A stretch of DNA of 63,685 nucleotides, counting the filler, from Candidatus Nanoarchaeia archaeon (GTDB lineage: Archaea > Nanobdellota > Nanobdellia > Woesearchaeales > DATDTY01): assembly GCA_035290625.1 (NCBI GenBank). It is 4 parts of 4 records of this genome, joined end to end, with 100 filler letters (N's around TTAATTAATTAA, not from the genome) between each part and the next. Parts side by side here need not be neighbours in the genome. Positions count along the whole stretch, not along the records: positions 1 to 16,324 come from DATDTY010000024.1; 3 more parts are not named here. The stretch is one strand, 5' to 3'. The notes under the pieces were generated by a model. That model did no database searches, was not told where the DNA came from, and saw nothing but the letters and a program-made list of their open reading frames with translations. Positions 1 to 10,269 of this stretch are shown in pieces (the first letter of the stretch is position 1; each line of letters opens with the position of its first letter). A program made the translations under genes and the position numbers.

Positions 1-735
1 TGGTATCATGCATTGAAGCCATCTTTGCCTGGGAGCACGTTTTCGATATTTCTTGCGTTCATGCAAAAGCATTACCTAATCCTGTCGCTGGCTCTGCTCG
101 CTGCATTTGGCTGCCGCAGGAAAAGACTGCTTCTGCCCTTCATTATCGCTTTCTTTTATCTTATATTTTTGCTTTGGGTAAGGCTATTCCATTTCTATTT
201 TGTGTTATGGCTGCCTTTCCTGGCAATGCTTGCTGCTGCTGGATTTATGGATATTCTGAACCAGTTTCCAAAGTATAGGGATATTTTCATTGCAATTTTC
301 CTTATTTTCTTTGGATATTCAATCGTTTCAACAGCGATCTATCTCCAGAGCTTTGATTTTATTGATTTTGCTTCAGAGAGAGAACTTACAGGCTTTATTA
401 TGGACAATGCTTCTCCTCAAGACAGGATCTTCGGGGATGTCCTGACTGTGCCTTTGCTGGCCTTGCGGACCGAGGTTCCTATAGCCTTTGATTTTGTGGA
501 CACGAATGCAATGCGCTTCCTTTCAGGACTGGCTGATTTTGGGGAGGTGCTGAAAAAACTTAAGGAAGAGAAGGTTCGTTTTGTGGTTGTTCGTCCATTA
601 GAAGGCTTTGGAAACTCAGCCATTGTACGGGATTTTCTTGTTGAAAGCTGCCTTCAATCCTACAGAGTTACTGATCCTTATTGGGGGGATGTTTTTGTCT
701 ATGATTGCTCGAAGCAGCCATCTTTAAATAGCTGA
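1..735 (+). CDS. Membrane glycosyltransferase (GT-C/ArnT-PMT-like), C-terminal part; 5' end probably outside the window
   Basis: Multiple TM segments; C-terminal domain IFGDVLTVPLLAL...DFVDTNAMRF parallels LFGDDSLVPLIAL...DFLDLNNLRF in 7611..9008. Confidence 0.6.
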   Translation, partial: WYHALKPSLPGSTFSIFLAFMQKHYLILSLALLAAFGCRRKRLLLPFIIAFFYLIFLLWVRLFHFYFVLWLPFLAMLAAAGFMDILNQFPKYRDIFIAIFLIFFGYSIVSTAIYLQSFDFIDFASERELTGFIMDNASPQDRIFGDVLTVPLLALRTEVPIAFDFVDTNAMRFLSGLADFGEVLKKLKEEKVRFVVVRPLEGFGNSAIVRDFLVESCLQSYRVTDPYWGDVFVYDCSKQPSLNS

Positions 736-752
736 TTTCCTTCCCTCTTTTT

Positions 753-1775
753 ATGCTGAGTTTATGCATTATCACCAAGGATGAAGAGATCTTTCTTCCT
801 GCTTGTTTTCAAGCTGTGCAGGATATTGTTGATGAGATTGTTGTTGTTGATACCGGCTCTACGGACAGGACCGTCGAGATTGCCAAGGGATTTTGCGCAA
901 AGGTTTATTTCACTCCTTGGGAAGAGGATTTTGCAAAGGCAAAGAATGTTGCTTTGGGATACGCGACAGGAGACTGGGTCCTTAACCTTGATGCGGATGA
1001 GATCATTGATGCCAAAGGATGCGAAGAGGTTAAGAGGCTGATTTCTTCCAATACTGCTGATGCGTTTTACTTGTTACAAAGAACTTATACAAATTACACT
1101 AAAGGGCTTGGATTTGTGCGGCTTGCGTCGAATGCTCCTTTCCTCTTAATGCAGCACCTCAATCTTCCTCAAAAGGAATTCTCAGGCCATTATACCACGA
1201 AGATCATCAGGCTTTTCAGGAATAAAAACATCACATTTGTTGGAGCTATCCATGAGGATGCAAGGCCGGCTCTTGAGAAAAAAGGGATGGGGATTGCCGA
1301 ATCTGCCGTAGTCATGCATCATTTTCATGAGTTGAAAGGAGACGCATTTATTGAAAAGAAAAGGGACAGCTATCTTCGGATGCTTCGAAAGAGGTTTGAT
1401 GAATTGCAGACAGCAAAGGCTGCTTATGACCTTGGCTTGGGAATCTATGACCGGAAGAAGGATATTGATGAAGCAAGACAGTATGTGGAAAAGGCTCTGG
1501 AAATGGAGCCTGATTTTGAGGAGGCTTTGTTTACATTGGGAGTTTTTTCCATAAAGGAAAAGAAGTATGAGGGTGGGATTACTTATTTTGAGAAGGTACT
1601 TTCCCTAAATCCGAGGAATTACTGGGCTTACACAAATCTTGCTCTCCTGTATGCAACACTGAAAGAGTGGAAGAAGTGCAAGGTTGTGTATGAGAAAGCT
1701 CTTGAGAAGGGCCATCCTGAGATGGAGGAGATCCTTGGGCAGATAAAGGCGCTGGAGGGGAAACTTTCAGATTAA
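753..1775 (+). CDS. GT2 glycosyltransferase with C-terminal TPR repeats
   Basis: LSLCIITKDEE, VVDTGSTDRT, LNLDADE motifs; TPR-like helical repeats at the C-terminus. Confidence 0.9.
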   Translation: MLSLCIITKDEEIFLPACFQAVQDIVDEIVVVDTGSTDRTVEIAKGFCAKVYFTPWEEDFAKAKNVALGYATGDWVLNLDADEIIDAKGCEEVKRLISSNTADAFYLLQRTYTNYTKGLGFVRLASNAPFLLMQHLNLPQKEFSGHYTTKIIRLFRNKNITFVGAIHEDARPALEKKGMGIAESAVVMHHFHELKGDAFIEKKRDSYLRMLRKRFDELQTAKAAYDLGLGIYDRKKDIDEARQYVEKALEMEPDFEEALFTLGVFSIKEKKYEGGITYFEKVLSLNPRNYWAYTNLALLYATLKEWKKCKVVYEKALEKGHPEMEEILGQIKALEGKLSD

Positions 1776-2497
1776 CTTTTCCCAATCTTCCACAATAACT
1801 GAAAATATTTTCTATATGATTCTGAGGCTTTTTTGCTGATGATCAATACCGCTATTGGCTCTTCCCCCCATACAATGTTCAGCACTCTATCTTCAAAAAC
1901 TGCTATTGTAGAAGGCATGATATTGCTTTCAGAGAGATACCTTGCTTTGAATGGCTTAAGGAATCTGCCTTTTCTGTTCTTAGGAAGGATAATCCTTGCT
2001 TTTATTTTATTCTCCCTGAGTTTTACATGCCATTGTTCATAATACGTTCCCATTGTTTCTCTCATTCCCCAGCCTGTTCCAAAGACAAGGATTTCATCTT
2101 TCGTGGTTGTCATCTCTTCAAGGAGCGTTTTTAGCCCTTTCTTGCCTTTGAAGATGGCAGCTTCCTGCCGTTCTATTGCCCCCCTCCTTTTTTCTATCTC
2201 AGGAAGAATCTGATTTACCAACTGCTCTTTATGAAGAATTTCTCTTTTTTGCTTTTCGATGTATTCTTTCAGTTCTTTGGAGGTTGTTGCCTCGAATTGC
2301 TTAATATTCCTGGCAGTTACAAAGCTGACAAGCCCTTTTTCGATGAGCTTTTCAAGATTGTCATAGACAATATTCCTGTGGAGCTTTGTTTTCTTGATGA
2401 TTTTTCCTGCGTTGGTTGATCCTAACTCCAATAAAGCGAGATATACTTTTGCCTCGTTTTCTGTGAGACCCAATCTTTGAAGGTCTTCTGCGTTCAT
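1772..2497 (-). CDS. TrmB-family transcriptional regulator
   Basis: LQRLGLTENEAKVYLALLELG wHTH; likely start MNAEDL at 2497 rather than the track start at 2584. Confidence 0.85.
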   Translation of the reverse strand: MNAEDLQRLGLTENEAKVYLALLELGSTNAGKIIKKTKLHRNIVYDNLEKLIEKGLVSFVTARNIKQFEATTSKELKEYIEKQKREILHKEQLVNQILPEIEKRRGAIERQEAAIFKGKKGLKTLLEEMTTTKDEILVFGTGWGMRETMGTYYEQWHVKLRENKIKARIILPKNRKGRFLKPFKARYLSESNIMPSTIAVFEDRVLNIVWGEEPIAVLIISKKASESYRKYFQLLWKIGKS

Positions 2498-2598
2498 GTT
2501 ATTTGATACTTTCGCTTCGCTTATAAACTTTTCTAATCTGTCATCATATTCATGACAACATAAATATAAATATCTTACTATCACTCTCTAACTCAAAA

Positions 2599-3300
2599 AT
2601 GCAATCCCACAAATATACCATACAGCCTGTCTGTACGGCGAACTCTTGCAGGAGTAAAATGGCGCAAGCTATTTTAGACTCAAGATTGGCAAAATCAGGT
2701 CTTGAAGACACAATACAGACAAAATCGAGTGGGCTATATGTTGACAACCTTCGTAACTGGGGATCATCCGCGTATTTTCCTATGGGTACTATCCTTAAAG
2801 TTTTAAGGGCTGCCTCCACTAACGGAATTCATGCTATGACTGAATATCAAGATTTTATTGACGTAGTCCTTGCCAACGAATCCGAAGCGACTGGAAAGCA
2901 CAATCGGGACGAGATTTACAAGATGGAGCTAAATAAGGCAGCAAGTCGTGTCTATTCACTTCTTGCGCAATTTGACAAAGCTTCTACGATGCTTGCTCTG
3001 GCGGAGCATGGGCTTGTTTATCCTGGGTGCGATCCATTACAATTCGTTGATGATGGCAGTGACCTCTATGTACCAATGGACCAAAAACACGTTGATACTG
3101 TAAATCAAACTGTTCAGGACCCCAAAAAAGTTGTTCCTTTTGATATATTCATCCCTGGGCGCAAACTAGAAAGCTCTCTTTTATCTATAACCTATTCTGA
3201 TGGAAACCTTGACCTGCTTAAATTCAGGGATTTGTTTAATAAAGTTGAAGAAGGATGTTGCTCCCTCCTTTCTTATGTGAATGATAAAGTCTCGCAATGA
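2599..3300 (+). CDS. Low-molecular-weight protein-tyrosine-phosphatase/ArsC-like protein with a large insertion
   Basis: N-terminal P-loop VCTANSCRS (CX5R), SSGL and DLYVPMD motifs. Confidence 0.65.
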   Translation: MQSHKYTIQPVCTANSCRSKMAQAILDSRLAKSGLEDTIQTKSSGLYVDNLRNWGSSAYFPMGTILKVLRAASTNGIHAMTEYQDFIDVVLANESEATGKHNRDEIYKMELNKAASRVYSLLAQFDKASTMLALAEHGLVYPGCDPLQFVDDGSDLYVPMDQKHVDTVNQTVQDPKKVVPFDIFIPGRKLESSLLSITYSDGNLDLLKFRDLFNKVEEGCCSLLSYVNDKVSQ

Positions 3301-4478
3301 CCCATATAGAAGCTTGGGAAACAGAAGAATTTCCTCTATCAATTGCTGAGATTTGTGTTTATGCGGATACAAAACTTCTTCCGCAGATTACGAATTTTTC
3401 TTATACTGCTGATAGATATGTTTCTAGGAATCAGAGGACTAAACGATTCATCTCCATTGAGGATATCGAAAAAGCGAGAGAAGTGGGTTATAGAAACTAT
3501 AGAGAAAAGTCTTTTTTAGTGAATCTTCTTTCCAATTCTGAGAAGGCTATCCATGAACTTGGACTTTTATCTGAGAAACTAAAAGGAGACCATTCAGGGA
3601 AGTCGAATAAGGAACTTCTTGCTCTCTATACTGATTTTTTTGAAACCTTTTCGTTGGTTGTTGCTTATTATCATGCACTCAGACCGGAAATGATCAAGTC
3701 CTTCGAAGACGACCTCTATGGTTGTCTCAAGGCCATCACACAAGATAATCTACCCGAGATTCAATCAGCATTATTAAGCGGGGAATATACTAGAGAACAC
3801 CTATTGGCAAATTTTCATCTTACTGAGATTCCAGATACGGCATTAGAATCATCTGCTATTATCCTTGGCCTTGGCAGGAGAAGATATGACATGCATACTT
3901 CATGGATGAAGGCGTTGCAATGCAAAAAGCCACTTTTTGAAGAAATTGGCAAACGAATAGGGCTGACCCCTATCGGAGTTGATAATTGCCTTAAGGAGGA
4001 GATCTCACAAGCATTAGCCCCCTTTCATCCAGATTCTATTGCTCGGAGACTTAACCAATTCCAATACCAAATAGAGAACGGAAGAGGAGTTCTTTATCAT
4101 GATATCACCCACAAAGAGGAGGAAATACAGAATACAAAAGAATTTAAAGGTTTATGCGCCCATCCGGGAAAAGTCTGTGGAATTGTGAAGATAATACGGA
4201 GGCAGCTTACTGGTACAGTAGTGGAGGACATGGAGCAAATGACTCAAGGAACCGTCCTAGTATCGGGAAATACTTATCCTGATATGATGCTGGCAATACA
4301 TAAAGCGTCAGCGATTATAACAGACGAGGGAGGGATGCTTTCTCACGCCGCAATCGTCTCCAGAGAATTTAAAATTCCCTGTGTTGTTGGCACTAACATA
4401 GCAACGAGAATACTCAAAGATGGAGATCTTGTAGAAGTAGATGCGCAAAAGGGAATCGTTAAGCTCTTAAAACCCTAA
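3297..4478 (+). CDS. PEP-utilizing enzyme mobile (phospho-His swivel) domain protein
   Basis: C-terminal AIITDEGGMLSHAAIVSREFKIPCVVG...LKDGDLVEVDAQKG; N-terminal region not recognised. Confidence 0.85.
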   Translation: MTHIEAWETEEFPLSIAEICVYADTKLLPQITNFSYTADRYVSRNQRTKRFISIEDIEKAREVGYRNYREKSFLVNLLSNSEKAIHELGLLSEKLKGDHSGKSNKELLALYTDFFETFSLVVAYYHALRPEMIKSFEDDLYGCLKAITQDNLPEIQSALLSGEYTREHLLANFHLTEIPDTALESSAIILGLGRRRYDMHTSWMKALQCKKPLFEEIGKRIGLTPIGVDNCLKEEISQALAPFHPDSIARRLNQFQYQIENGRGVLYHDITHKEEEIQNTKEFKGLCAHPGKVCGIVKIIRRQLTGTVVEDMEQMTQGTVLVSGNTYPDMMLAIHKASAIITDEGGMLSHAAIVSREFKIPCVVGTNIATRILKDGDLVEVDAQKGIVKLLKP

Positions 4479-4495
4479 CACTTTCATACTCCTTT

Positions 4496-6265
4496 ATGGA
4501 GAATGTTAAGAACTACGGATTGCCTCTTCTTGTCTTTACCTCACTAGCCCTCCTCTTCACTTATCCCATCTTCCAGAACATCACCTACTGGGGCGGAGGA
4601 GACTGGGATCAGCATTTCTTCTATTCAGAGGCTGCAAGGAAGACGATCCTTGAGTATCACCAGTTTCCATTCTGGAATCCCTGGTATTGCGGAGGGAATG
4701 CTCTGCTTGCCCATCCGGAATCATTGTTCCTTGGCCCGTTTTTCATTCTGAACCTTATCTTTGGGACTGTTATCGGCTTTAAGCTCCAGATTCTCGTGCA
4801 TCTGATCATTGGGATGTTGGGCATGTACCTGATCTGCCAATGGTATAAACTTAGAAGATTCTCCAGCTACCTTGCGCCAATCCTGTTTATGCTGAGTTCA
4901 GCCTTTGCAAATAGAGTTGTTGCTGGGCACACCCTGTATTTTTCCATGGCTTTTCTTCCTTTTGTCTTTTATTTCTATCTGCGATCCTATTCGGCCATGC
5001 GCTATGGAGCGATTTCTGCGGTATTCCTTGTTTTTATCGTCTTTTCAGGAGGCACCTACCCTTTTCTCTTCTCTGTACTGTTGATAGGAATTCATGGCCT
5101 GCTGCTGATGGCTTTGCGGCGCTCTCTTAATCCTTTGTACAGTATCGGACTGATCTTTCTTCTTGCTTTCGGACTTGGAGCAATCAAATTACTGCCTATG
5201 CTCCAATTTACCTCGGCCTATGGATTTTCTTTTGACGATGATCAGCCAACTTCTCTCAAAACATTACTCTCAGGATTCCTGAGCTTTGACCAGTCTCCTG
5301 AATCAAGGACGTATTACTCGACATTTACCCAACAGGTTGAGTTTTATGAGGCTGGCAAGAAGGTCTCCCAGAAAGCAGCAATTGATACGCAATGGCAATG
5401 GCATGAATATTCAGCATACTTTGGGCTTTCCTTTGTATTATTAGTTGGCTGGTTCTTTGTTTTAGGGAGAAAACATCTTTTGCTGCTGTTGCTTTTTGTG
5501 ATCTTTCTTATTCTCTATTTTGGCGATTCTCTTCTTCTGTACCGCCTCCTGCGAGGCCTTCCTCTGGCAGGCTCATTCCACGGGCCTTCACGGTTTGTGA
5601 ATATACTGTTGTTTTTAGGAAGCATCTTTGCTGCGATGATGCTCTCTTGGATTGAAGGGATTAAGAAGCAGGTCACTATTCTTGGAAAATCTTACCCTCT
5701 AGGAACTGCGGCAGCATTCTCGTTTGTTGTGCTTATGGCAGTAAACCTCTTTTTTGTGGTTGAACCTCTTTACCAGCGTGTCTTTGCTGTAGAGCCCATA
5801 CTGTTGAGGGGTCATGAGGCATTTATGCAGGCGTATACTGCTGATAAATATCGCTTCCAGTTTCCGAACATTCTCCAGAATGTTGGAACTATCAATTGCT
5901 ATGACCGCATCAAGCCTCCGAGGGCCGCTGTCCCAGCTATTACCCTGGAGGGTGAATCAAATCCGGGCTATCTTGGAGAGGCATGGCTTACCAAGGAAAA
6001 TAGAAGTCGGCAGGTTGCATTCTCGCCTAATAAAATCGTTGTTGAGACCAATGCATCTTCAGATCTTCTTGTCGTCAATCAGAATTTTGTTAAGGGATGG
6101 GATGCTGGAAGAGAACTCAGAAACTATAACGGCTTGCTTGCAGTTCCTGTCGAAGGCCAGGAAACAATCGTCTTTCGCTATCTGCCGCCCCTCTTCAGAA
6201 CCGGGATGGCTGTGTCTCTCTTCTCTTTGCTGATTGCAGCAATACTTCTGAGAAAGCTTATTTAA
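4496..6265 (+). CDS. Polytopic membrane protein, YfhO/GT-C-like
   Basis: FPFWNPWYCGGNALLA motif, many TM helices, C-terminal LVVNQNFVKGW. Confidence 0.7.
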   Translation: MENVKNYGLPLLVFTSLALLFTYPIFQNITYWGGGDWDQHFFYSEAARKTILEYHQFPFWNPWYCGGNALLAHPESLFLGPFFILNLIFGTVIGFKLQILVHLIIGMLGMYLICQWYKLRRFSSYLAPILFMLSSAFANRVVAGHTLYFSMAFLPFVFYFYLRSYSAMRYGAISAVFLVFIVFSGGTYPFLFSVLLIGIHGLLLMALRRSLNPLYSIGLIFLLAFGLGAIKLLPMLQFTSAYGFSFDDDQPTSLKTLLSGFLSFDQSPESRTYYSTFTQQVEFYEAGKKVSQKAAIDTQWQWHEYSAYFGLSFVLLVGWFFVLGRKHLLLLLLFVIFLILYFGDSLLLYRLLRGLPLAGSFHGPSRFVNILLFLGSIFAAMMLSWIEGIKKQVTILGKSYPLGTAAAFSFVVLMAVNLFFVVEPLYQRVFAVEPILLRGHEAFMQAYTADKYRFQFPNILQNVGTINCYDRIKPPRAAVPAITLEGESNPGYLGEAWLTKENRSRQVAFSPNKIVVETNASSDLLVVNQNFVKGWDAGRELRNYNGLLAVPVEGQETIVFRYLPPLFRTGMAVSLFSLLIAAILLRKLI

Positions 6266-6566
6266 ATTCCACACGCTTTGCGCGGAATCCTTTCCTTTGC
6301 TGGGAAGATTTCTTGCATACTTTGCATTGAAAGCGGAGATCGGTCTTTTTTGTTGATTTTTTTCCGTAGCGCTTCCATTTTGTCAAGGCTCCTTTGGAGA
6401 GCTTTCCAAGATTGCCATGCCCTGTTCCTCTCCCTCTCTTCCACATTCGCTGTTTTGCACCATGGGTCATGCTTGAAGAAGCCCTTTTTTTGTTCTGCGA
6501 TACAGCATGCTCTGTATGCTTCTTACAATAGGGGCAATACCTCTTCTTCGTTTTGGGCATCTTCAT
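6258..6566 (-). CDS. rpl44e: 50S ribosomal protein L44e
   Basis: MKMPKTKKRYCPYCKKHTEH...KKTDLRFQCKVCKK. Confidence 0.95.
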   Translation of the reverse strand: MKMPKTKKRYCPYCKKHTEHAVSQNKKRASSSMTHGAKQRMWKRGRGTGHGNLGKLSKGALTKWKRYGKKSTKKTDLRFQCKVCKKSSQQRKGFRAKRVEFK

Positions 6567-6638
6567 GTTAATGGGAAAATAGAGAATCGTTTATAAGAGT
6601 TGCGATTTTGTTAAGTAAAGCTGTTAACTTCCCAATCA

Positions 6639-6796
6639 GGCTTTTTGCAGGGGCTTATCAGGGATGCCGCCGAGTTCGCTTCCAGTTTCCTTTGTTCATA
6701 TCGACATTCCCCGCCAGGGACGCCCCCCTTGTCGATGCGCTTCTTTTTTGCTGCAAAGCTCACAAAAAGGCGGCACCCTTCCCCCTGCAAAAAGCC
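6639..6796 (-). mobile_element. Fold-back MITE-like element, copy E1
   Basis: TIR GGCTTTTTGCAGGGG / CCCCTGCAAAAAGCC; internal TGCCGCC/GGCGGCA and ATCGACA/TGTCGAT stems; no TSD recognisable. Confidence 0.8.
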
Positions 6797-6867
6797 TTGA
6801 GGCACTTGGAAACTTTACTTAACAGATTTCTGCTAGCGCTAAGAATCGGAATGGAAGACTTTCATAC

Positions 6868-7482
6868 CTATTCCTTGACAGCCTCTGCGCTCCCGTTATT
6901 GACGAGGATATCTGCAATTTTATTTGGCAGGGAGGCTGTCTGCTCTGGCTCAAACGGCCCATAGATCTCAAGCTCAGTGCCGACAAACTGGGCGACAGGC
7001 TGGGTGAACTTAACCGTGGTTGTTTCTGGATTTGTTCTTGGATTGTTCTCTTGGTCTGTTCCCTTGCCAACCTTTTTACCCTGAAGCGCAACCTCAAGGA
7101 CAGTCCCCCTATGCTCTTCAAGCAGCTTCATCACCTTGTCAAACAATTCTCTCTCATCTTTCAAGAATCGTGAGGTATCAACAATGTTTGCAGGAGCCTT
7201 TGCCTTGTCCATGGCCATCCTCATCACCTTTTTTTGGCGCCTTTCATAGATCTCTTTTACAACCCTCCTGATATTGATAAGCTCCTTCTGGGTCTTTTCC
7301 TTTTCCGGAAGGGAGAATACGTCATCAGCGTGCTTTGAAAGAAGAATCTCATACTTCTGTGACAGGTATTCAGCTACGTCGTCAAAATAGCTCTCTGCAA
7401 GCTCCTGCAGCTCCTCTCTTGTGCGCTCGTTGCGAACAATCTCAAACAAGACCTGAAAGGTCATTCGAATCTCTTTATCCAT
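6868..7482 (-). CDS. DNA replication complex GINS subunit (Gins15/51-type)
   Basis: Helical A-domain (ERTREELQEL, RRQKKV) plus C-terminal B-domain FVGTELEIYGPF...ADILVNNG; lies next to L44e as is usual in archaea. Confidence 0.8.
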   Translation of the reverse strand: MDKEIRMTFQVLFEIVRNERTREELQELAESYFDDVAEYLSQKYEILLSKHADDVFSLPEKEKTQKELINIRRVVKEIYERRQKKVMRMAMDKAKAPANIVDTSRFLKDERELFDKVMKLLEEHRGTVLEVALQGKKVGKGTDQENNPRTNPETTTVKFTQPVAQFVGTELEIYGPFEPEQTASLPNKIADILVNNGSAEAVKE

Positions 7483-7610
7483 GCTCCCCCCTTATTGCTG
7501 GATTCATCCAAGGTTTATAAAGATTCGGGTTTCGACGGGCAGTGCATAACAATCCCTACCCGTGGCGGGCGCAAGAACCTTTATAAGGATAAGAATGCTG
7601 TTCGTGAAGG

Positions 7611-9008
7611 ATGAAGAAATCAGAGTATGTCATTTTGGGATTCATCCTGCTCCTCTATGCCTTTGTCAAGTTCCAGGGGATCTCTTACAGCATCAGCGAC
7701 GAGAATACCTATTTCTTTATGGCAAAAACGCTTGCAGACGGAAAGCTTCCGTACCGAGACTTCTTCCTTTCACATCCTCCTTTGCAGATCCTGGTCCTGG
7801 CTCTTGCGATTAAGGTATCTGGAGTGCATTTTATCCTTTTGAAGCTTGTCTCTACTTTGTTTATTGCTGGAGCGGGCATCCTCTTATATCTGCTTGGGAA
7901 AAGATTATATGGCAGGGTCGTTGGATTCCTCGCTTTGCTCCTGTTCCTGTTTTCCTTTGATTCTCTGAGATTCAGCACCTTTGGAAGCGGTATCAGCATC
8001 ACGCTGTTCTTTCTTGTTTTGGGATACTATCTGCATTTTCTGGAGAGGCATGCATTTGCCGGCGCAAGTTTTGCTTTGGCAGTATTGACGAGCTATTTGG
8101 CTGCTCCTTTTGGGGCATTTTATATTGGCTATCTATTCTTTAAAGATAGGAAGGGAGTTTTAAAAGCAGGGCTTGGATTCTTTGGGGTGATTCTCTTTGC
8201 GCTCATTGCCCTATTTTCTTTTTCAGGCTGGGATTTTGTTGAGCAGACTGTTTTGTATCATCTTGCCAAGCCTTCGTCGGGAACTGCCAGATTTTCCCTG
8301 CTTTTTAAGCAGTTCTTAGGAGAGTGGCTGCTGTTTTTTCCACTGCTTTTCCTTCCCTTTTCAAAAAAGGCGCGAGGCCATCTGATCTTAGGGAGCATTG
8401 TTGCGTATCTGCTGTTCTTGCTAAGCTTTCAGAAGCCCTTTGCATTCTACTATTTCCTGTTGTACCCATTTTTAGCATTGCTTTCTGCGTCTGTTGTTGC
8501 TGGTATCGGATGGATGGCTCATGTGAAGCTTACTGCTGCAAAGCATCATGTTGTTTTTGTCTTATTTTTTATTGTTGCAGCCCTTTCCTCATATTCTGCA
8601 TTTTCCTATCTTATCGATAACCGGCAGGAGGTCAGGGCAATTCCGGAGATGGTTGAATATATCAAGTCCCATACATCCTCTTCTGACTCTCTTTTCGGGG
8701 ATGATTCCCTGGTTCCGTTGATTGCCCTGCTCTCTGACAGGAGGATAAGCCTCGATTTCCTTGATTTGAACAACCTTCGCTTTCGGTCCTTGCCCGGGCT
8801 TGCTGAAGAGACTATTGAGAGACTGAAAGGGTCTGATTTGAAATATTACCTTGATTATCAGATTCAGATTGGGAATCTTGTTGGGAGGAATGGGCCGTCA
8901 GCTCTTGATGAGTTTCAGGCATTTTTAGAAGAGGAATGCAGTGTTGAGAAGGCATTTTCTGAGGAGGTTGAAGAGCAGGGGAGAACCTACACACTCTATT
9001 CTTGCTAG
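7611..9008 (+). CDS. Membrane glycosyltransferase, GT39/ArnT-like
   Basis: SDENTY, LPYRDFFLSHPPL motifs, multiple TM helices. Confidence 0.8.
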   Translation: MKKSEYVILGFILLLYAFVKFQGISYSISDENTYFFMAKTLADGKLPYRDFFLSHPPLQILVLALAIKVSGVHFILLKLVSTLFIAGAGILLYLLGKRLYGRVVGFLALLLFLFSFDSLRFSTFGSGISITLFFLVLGYYLHFLERHAFAGASFALAVLTSYLAAPFGAFYIGYLFFKDRKGVLKAGLGFFGVILFALIALFSFSGWDFVEQTVLYHLAKPSSGTARFSLLFKQFLGEWLLFFPLLFLPFSKKARGHLILGSIVAYLLFLLSFQKPFAFYYFLLYPFLALLSASVVAGIGWMAHVKLTAAKHHVVFVLFFIVAALSSYSAFSYLIDNRQEVRAIPEMVEYIKSHTSSSDSLFGDDSLVPLIALLSDRRISLDFLDLNNLRFRSLPGLAEETIERLKGSDLKYYLDYQIQIGNLVGRNGPSALDEFQAFLEEECSVEKAFSEEVEEQGRTYTLYSC

Positions 9009-9049
9009 AACAGCATCCTTTTTAAGAGCGCTTTAATTCTCGTCATAGG

Positions 9050-10267
9050 ATGGCAACATTAAGTTATGAAGATATTGTCTTTGAGGATGAGCAGGATCAT
9101 CTGAATGCGAGGTTTTCAAAGCTTTTCAGCTTTCGGATTCCGAAAGATGAGTTGCTGAAAATAGACAAGGGATTTCGGGCTGCAGAGCATCAGATTCTCT
9201 TTCCTGCGGTCGGGCAGGAGGTTGCTGAACGGAAGTTTTCCCATCTCCTGCAGAAGCATATTGCTGGGATGAGGAATATGCTTGGAGGAAAGCCTAGCTA
9301 CTACATCCATCGCAATTCCGGTATTCCTTTGTTTGGAACTAACTATTTCGGCCTTGTTGATCGAGGGACCAATATTATTGAGGTTAAGCCTATGACTGGC
9401 TGCAACCTGAGCTGCATCTACTGTTCTGTTGATGAAGGCGTGAATTCTCGACGGAAAGTTGACTATCTGGTTGAGGCTGCATATCTTATCCAGGAATTCA
9501 GGGAACTGGTTGATATGAAAAACATTGACGGCATTGAGGCCCATATTGGCGGGCAGACTGACCCTTCTCTCTATAGCCAACTGCCGGAGCTTGTTCGAGG
9601 TTTGGTTGCTGTCCCGCATGTCAAGGTTGTTTCCATTGACACGAACGGGTGGGTCTTGAGCAAGCAGAGGATTGAGGAACTGGCAGACGCAGGGCTTACG
9701 AGGATTAACTTGAGCTTGAATGCCGTAACTCCCGATGTTGCAAGGCAGATATCAGGAACCTCATTCTACTCTGTTGACAAGGTGCTGAAACTAATCCCCC
9801 TTATCTTGGAGAAGTTCGATTTGATTGTCGCCCCTGTATGGCTTCCTGGAATAAACGATCAGGAGATTCCCAAGATCATTGAGCACATCGTGGCTATTGA
9901 CAAAAAGAGGAAGGTAATCATCGGAATCCAGAACTTTCTCATTTATAAGCATGGAAGGAATCCCGTCAAACAGATGGGATATGATACATTCTATGCTAAA
10001 TTAAAGGAGTTGGAGAGCCACCATAAAGTATCATTGATTCGAAATAAGGATGATTTTCATATACAGAAAGCAAGGCAGCTTGAGAAGCCATTTGTGAAAG
10101 GGGATACTGTAGAGGCTGAATATGTGATGCCAGGAAGGCTGAGAAATGAGGCTCTTTACAAGGCAAAAGGAAGGATTATTGCTATTGGGAATGCAGATTC
10201 AAGGAAGAGGGCAAAAATCAGGATACTGCGGGATAAGCATAACATCTTTACTGGTCAATGCGCATAG
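9050..10267 (+). CDS. Radical SAM protein (archaeal COG2100-like) with probable C-terminal TRAM-like domain
   Basis: GCNLSCIYCSVDEG CxxxCxxC motif; DRGTNIIEVKP. Confidence 0.85.
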   Translation: MATLSYEDIVFEDEQDHLNARFSKLFSFRIPKDELLKIDKGFRAAEHQILFPAVGQEVAERKFSHLLQKHIAGMRNMLGGKPSYYIHRNSGIPLFGTNYFGLVDRGTNIIEVKPMTGCNLSCIYCSVDEGVNSRRKVDYLVEAAYLIQEFRELVDMKNIDGIEAHIGGQTDPSLYSQLPELVRGLVAVPHVKVVSIDTNGWVLSKQRIEELADAGLTRINLSLNAVTPDVARQISGTSFYSVDKVLKLIPLILEKFDLIVAPVWLPGINDQEIPKIIEHIVAIDKKRKVIIGIQNFLIYKHGRNPVKQMGYDTFYAKLKELESHHKVSLIRNKDDFHIQKARQLEKPFVKGDTVEAEYVMPGRLRNEALYKAKGRIIAIGNADSRKRAKIRILRDKHNIFTGQCA

Positions 10268-10269
10268 CT

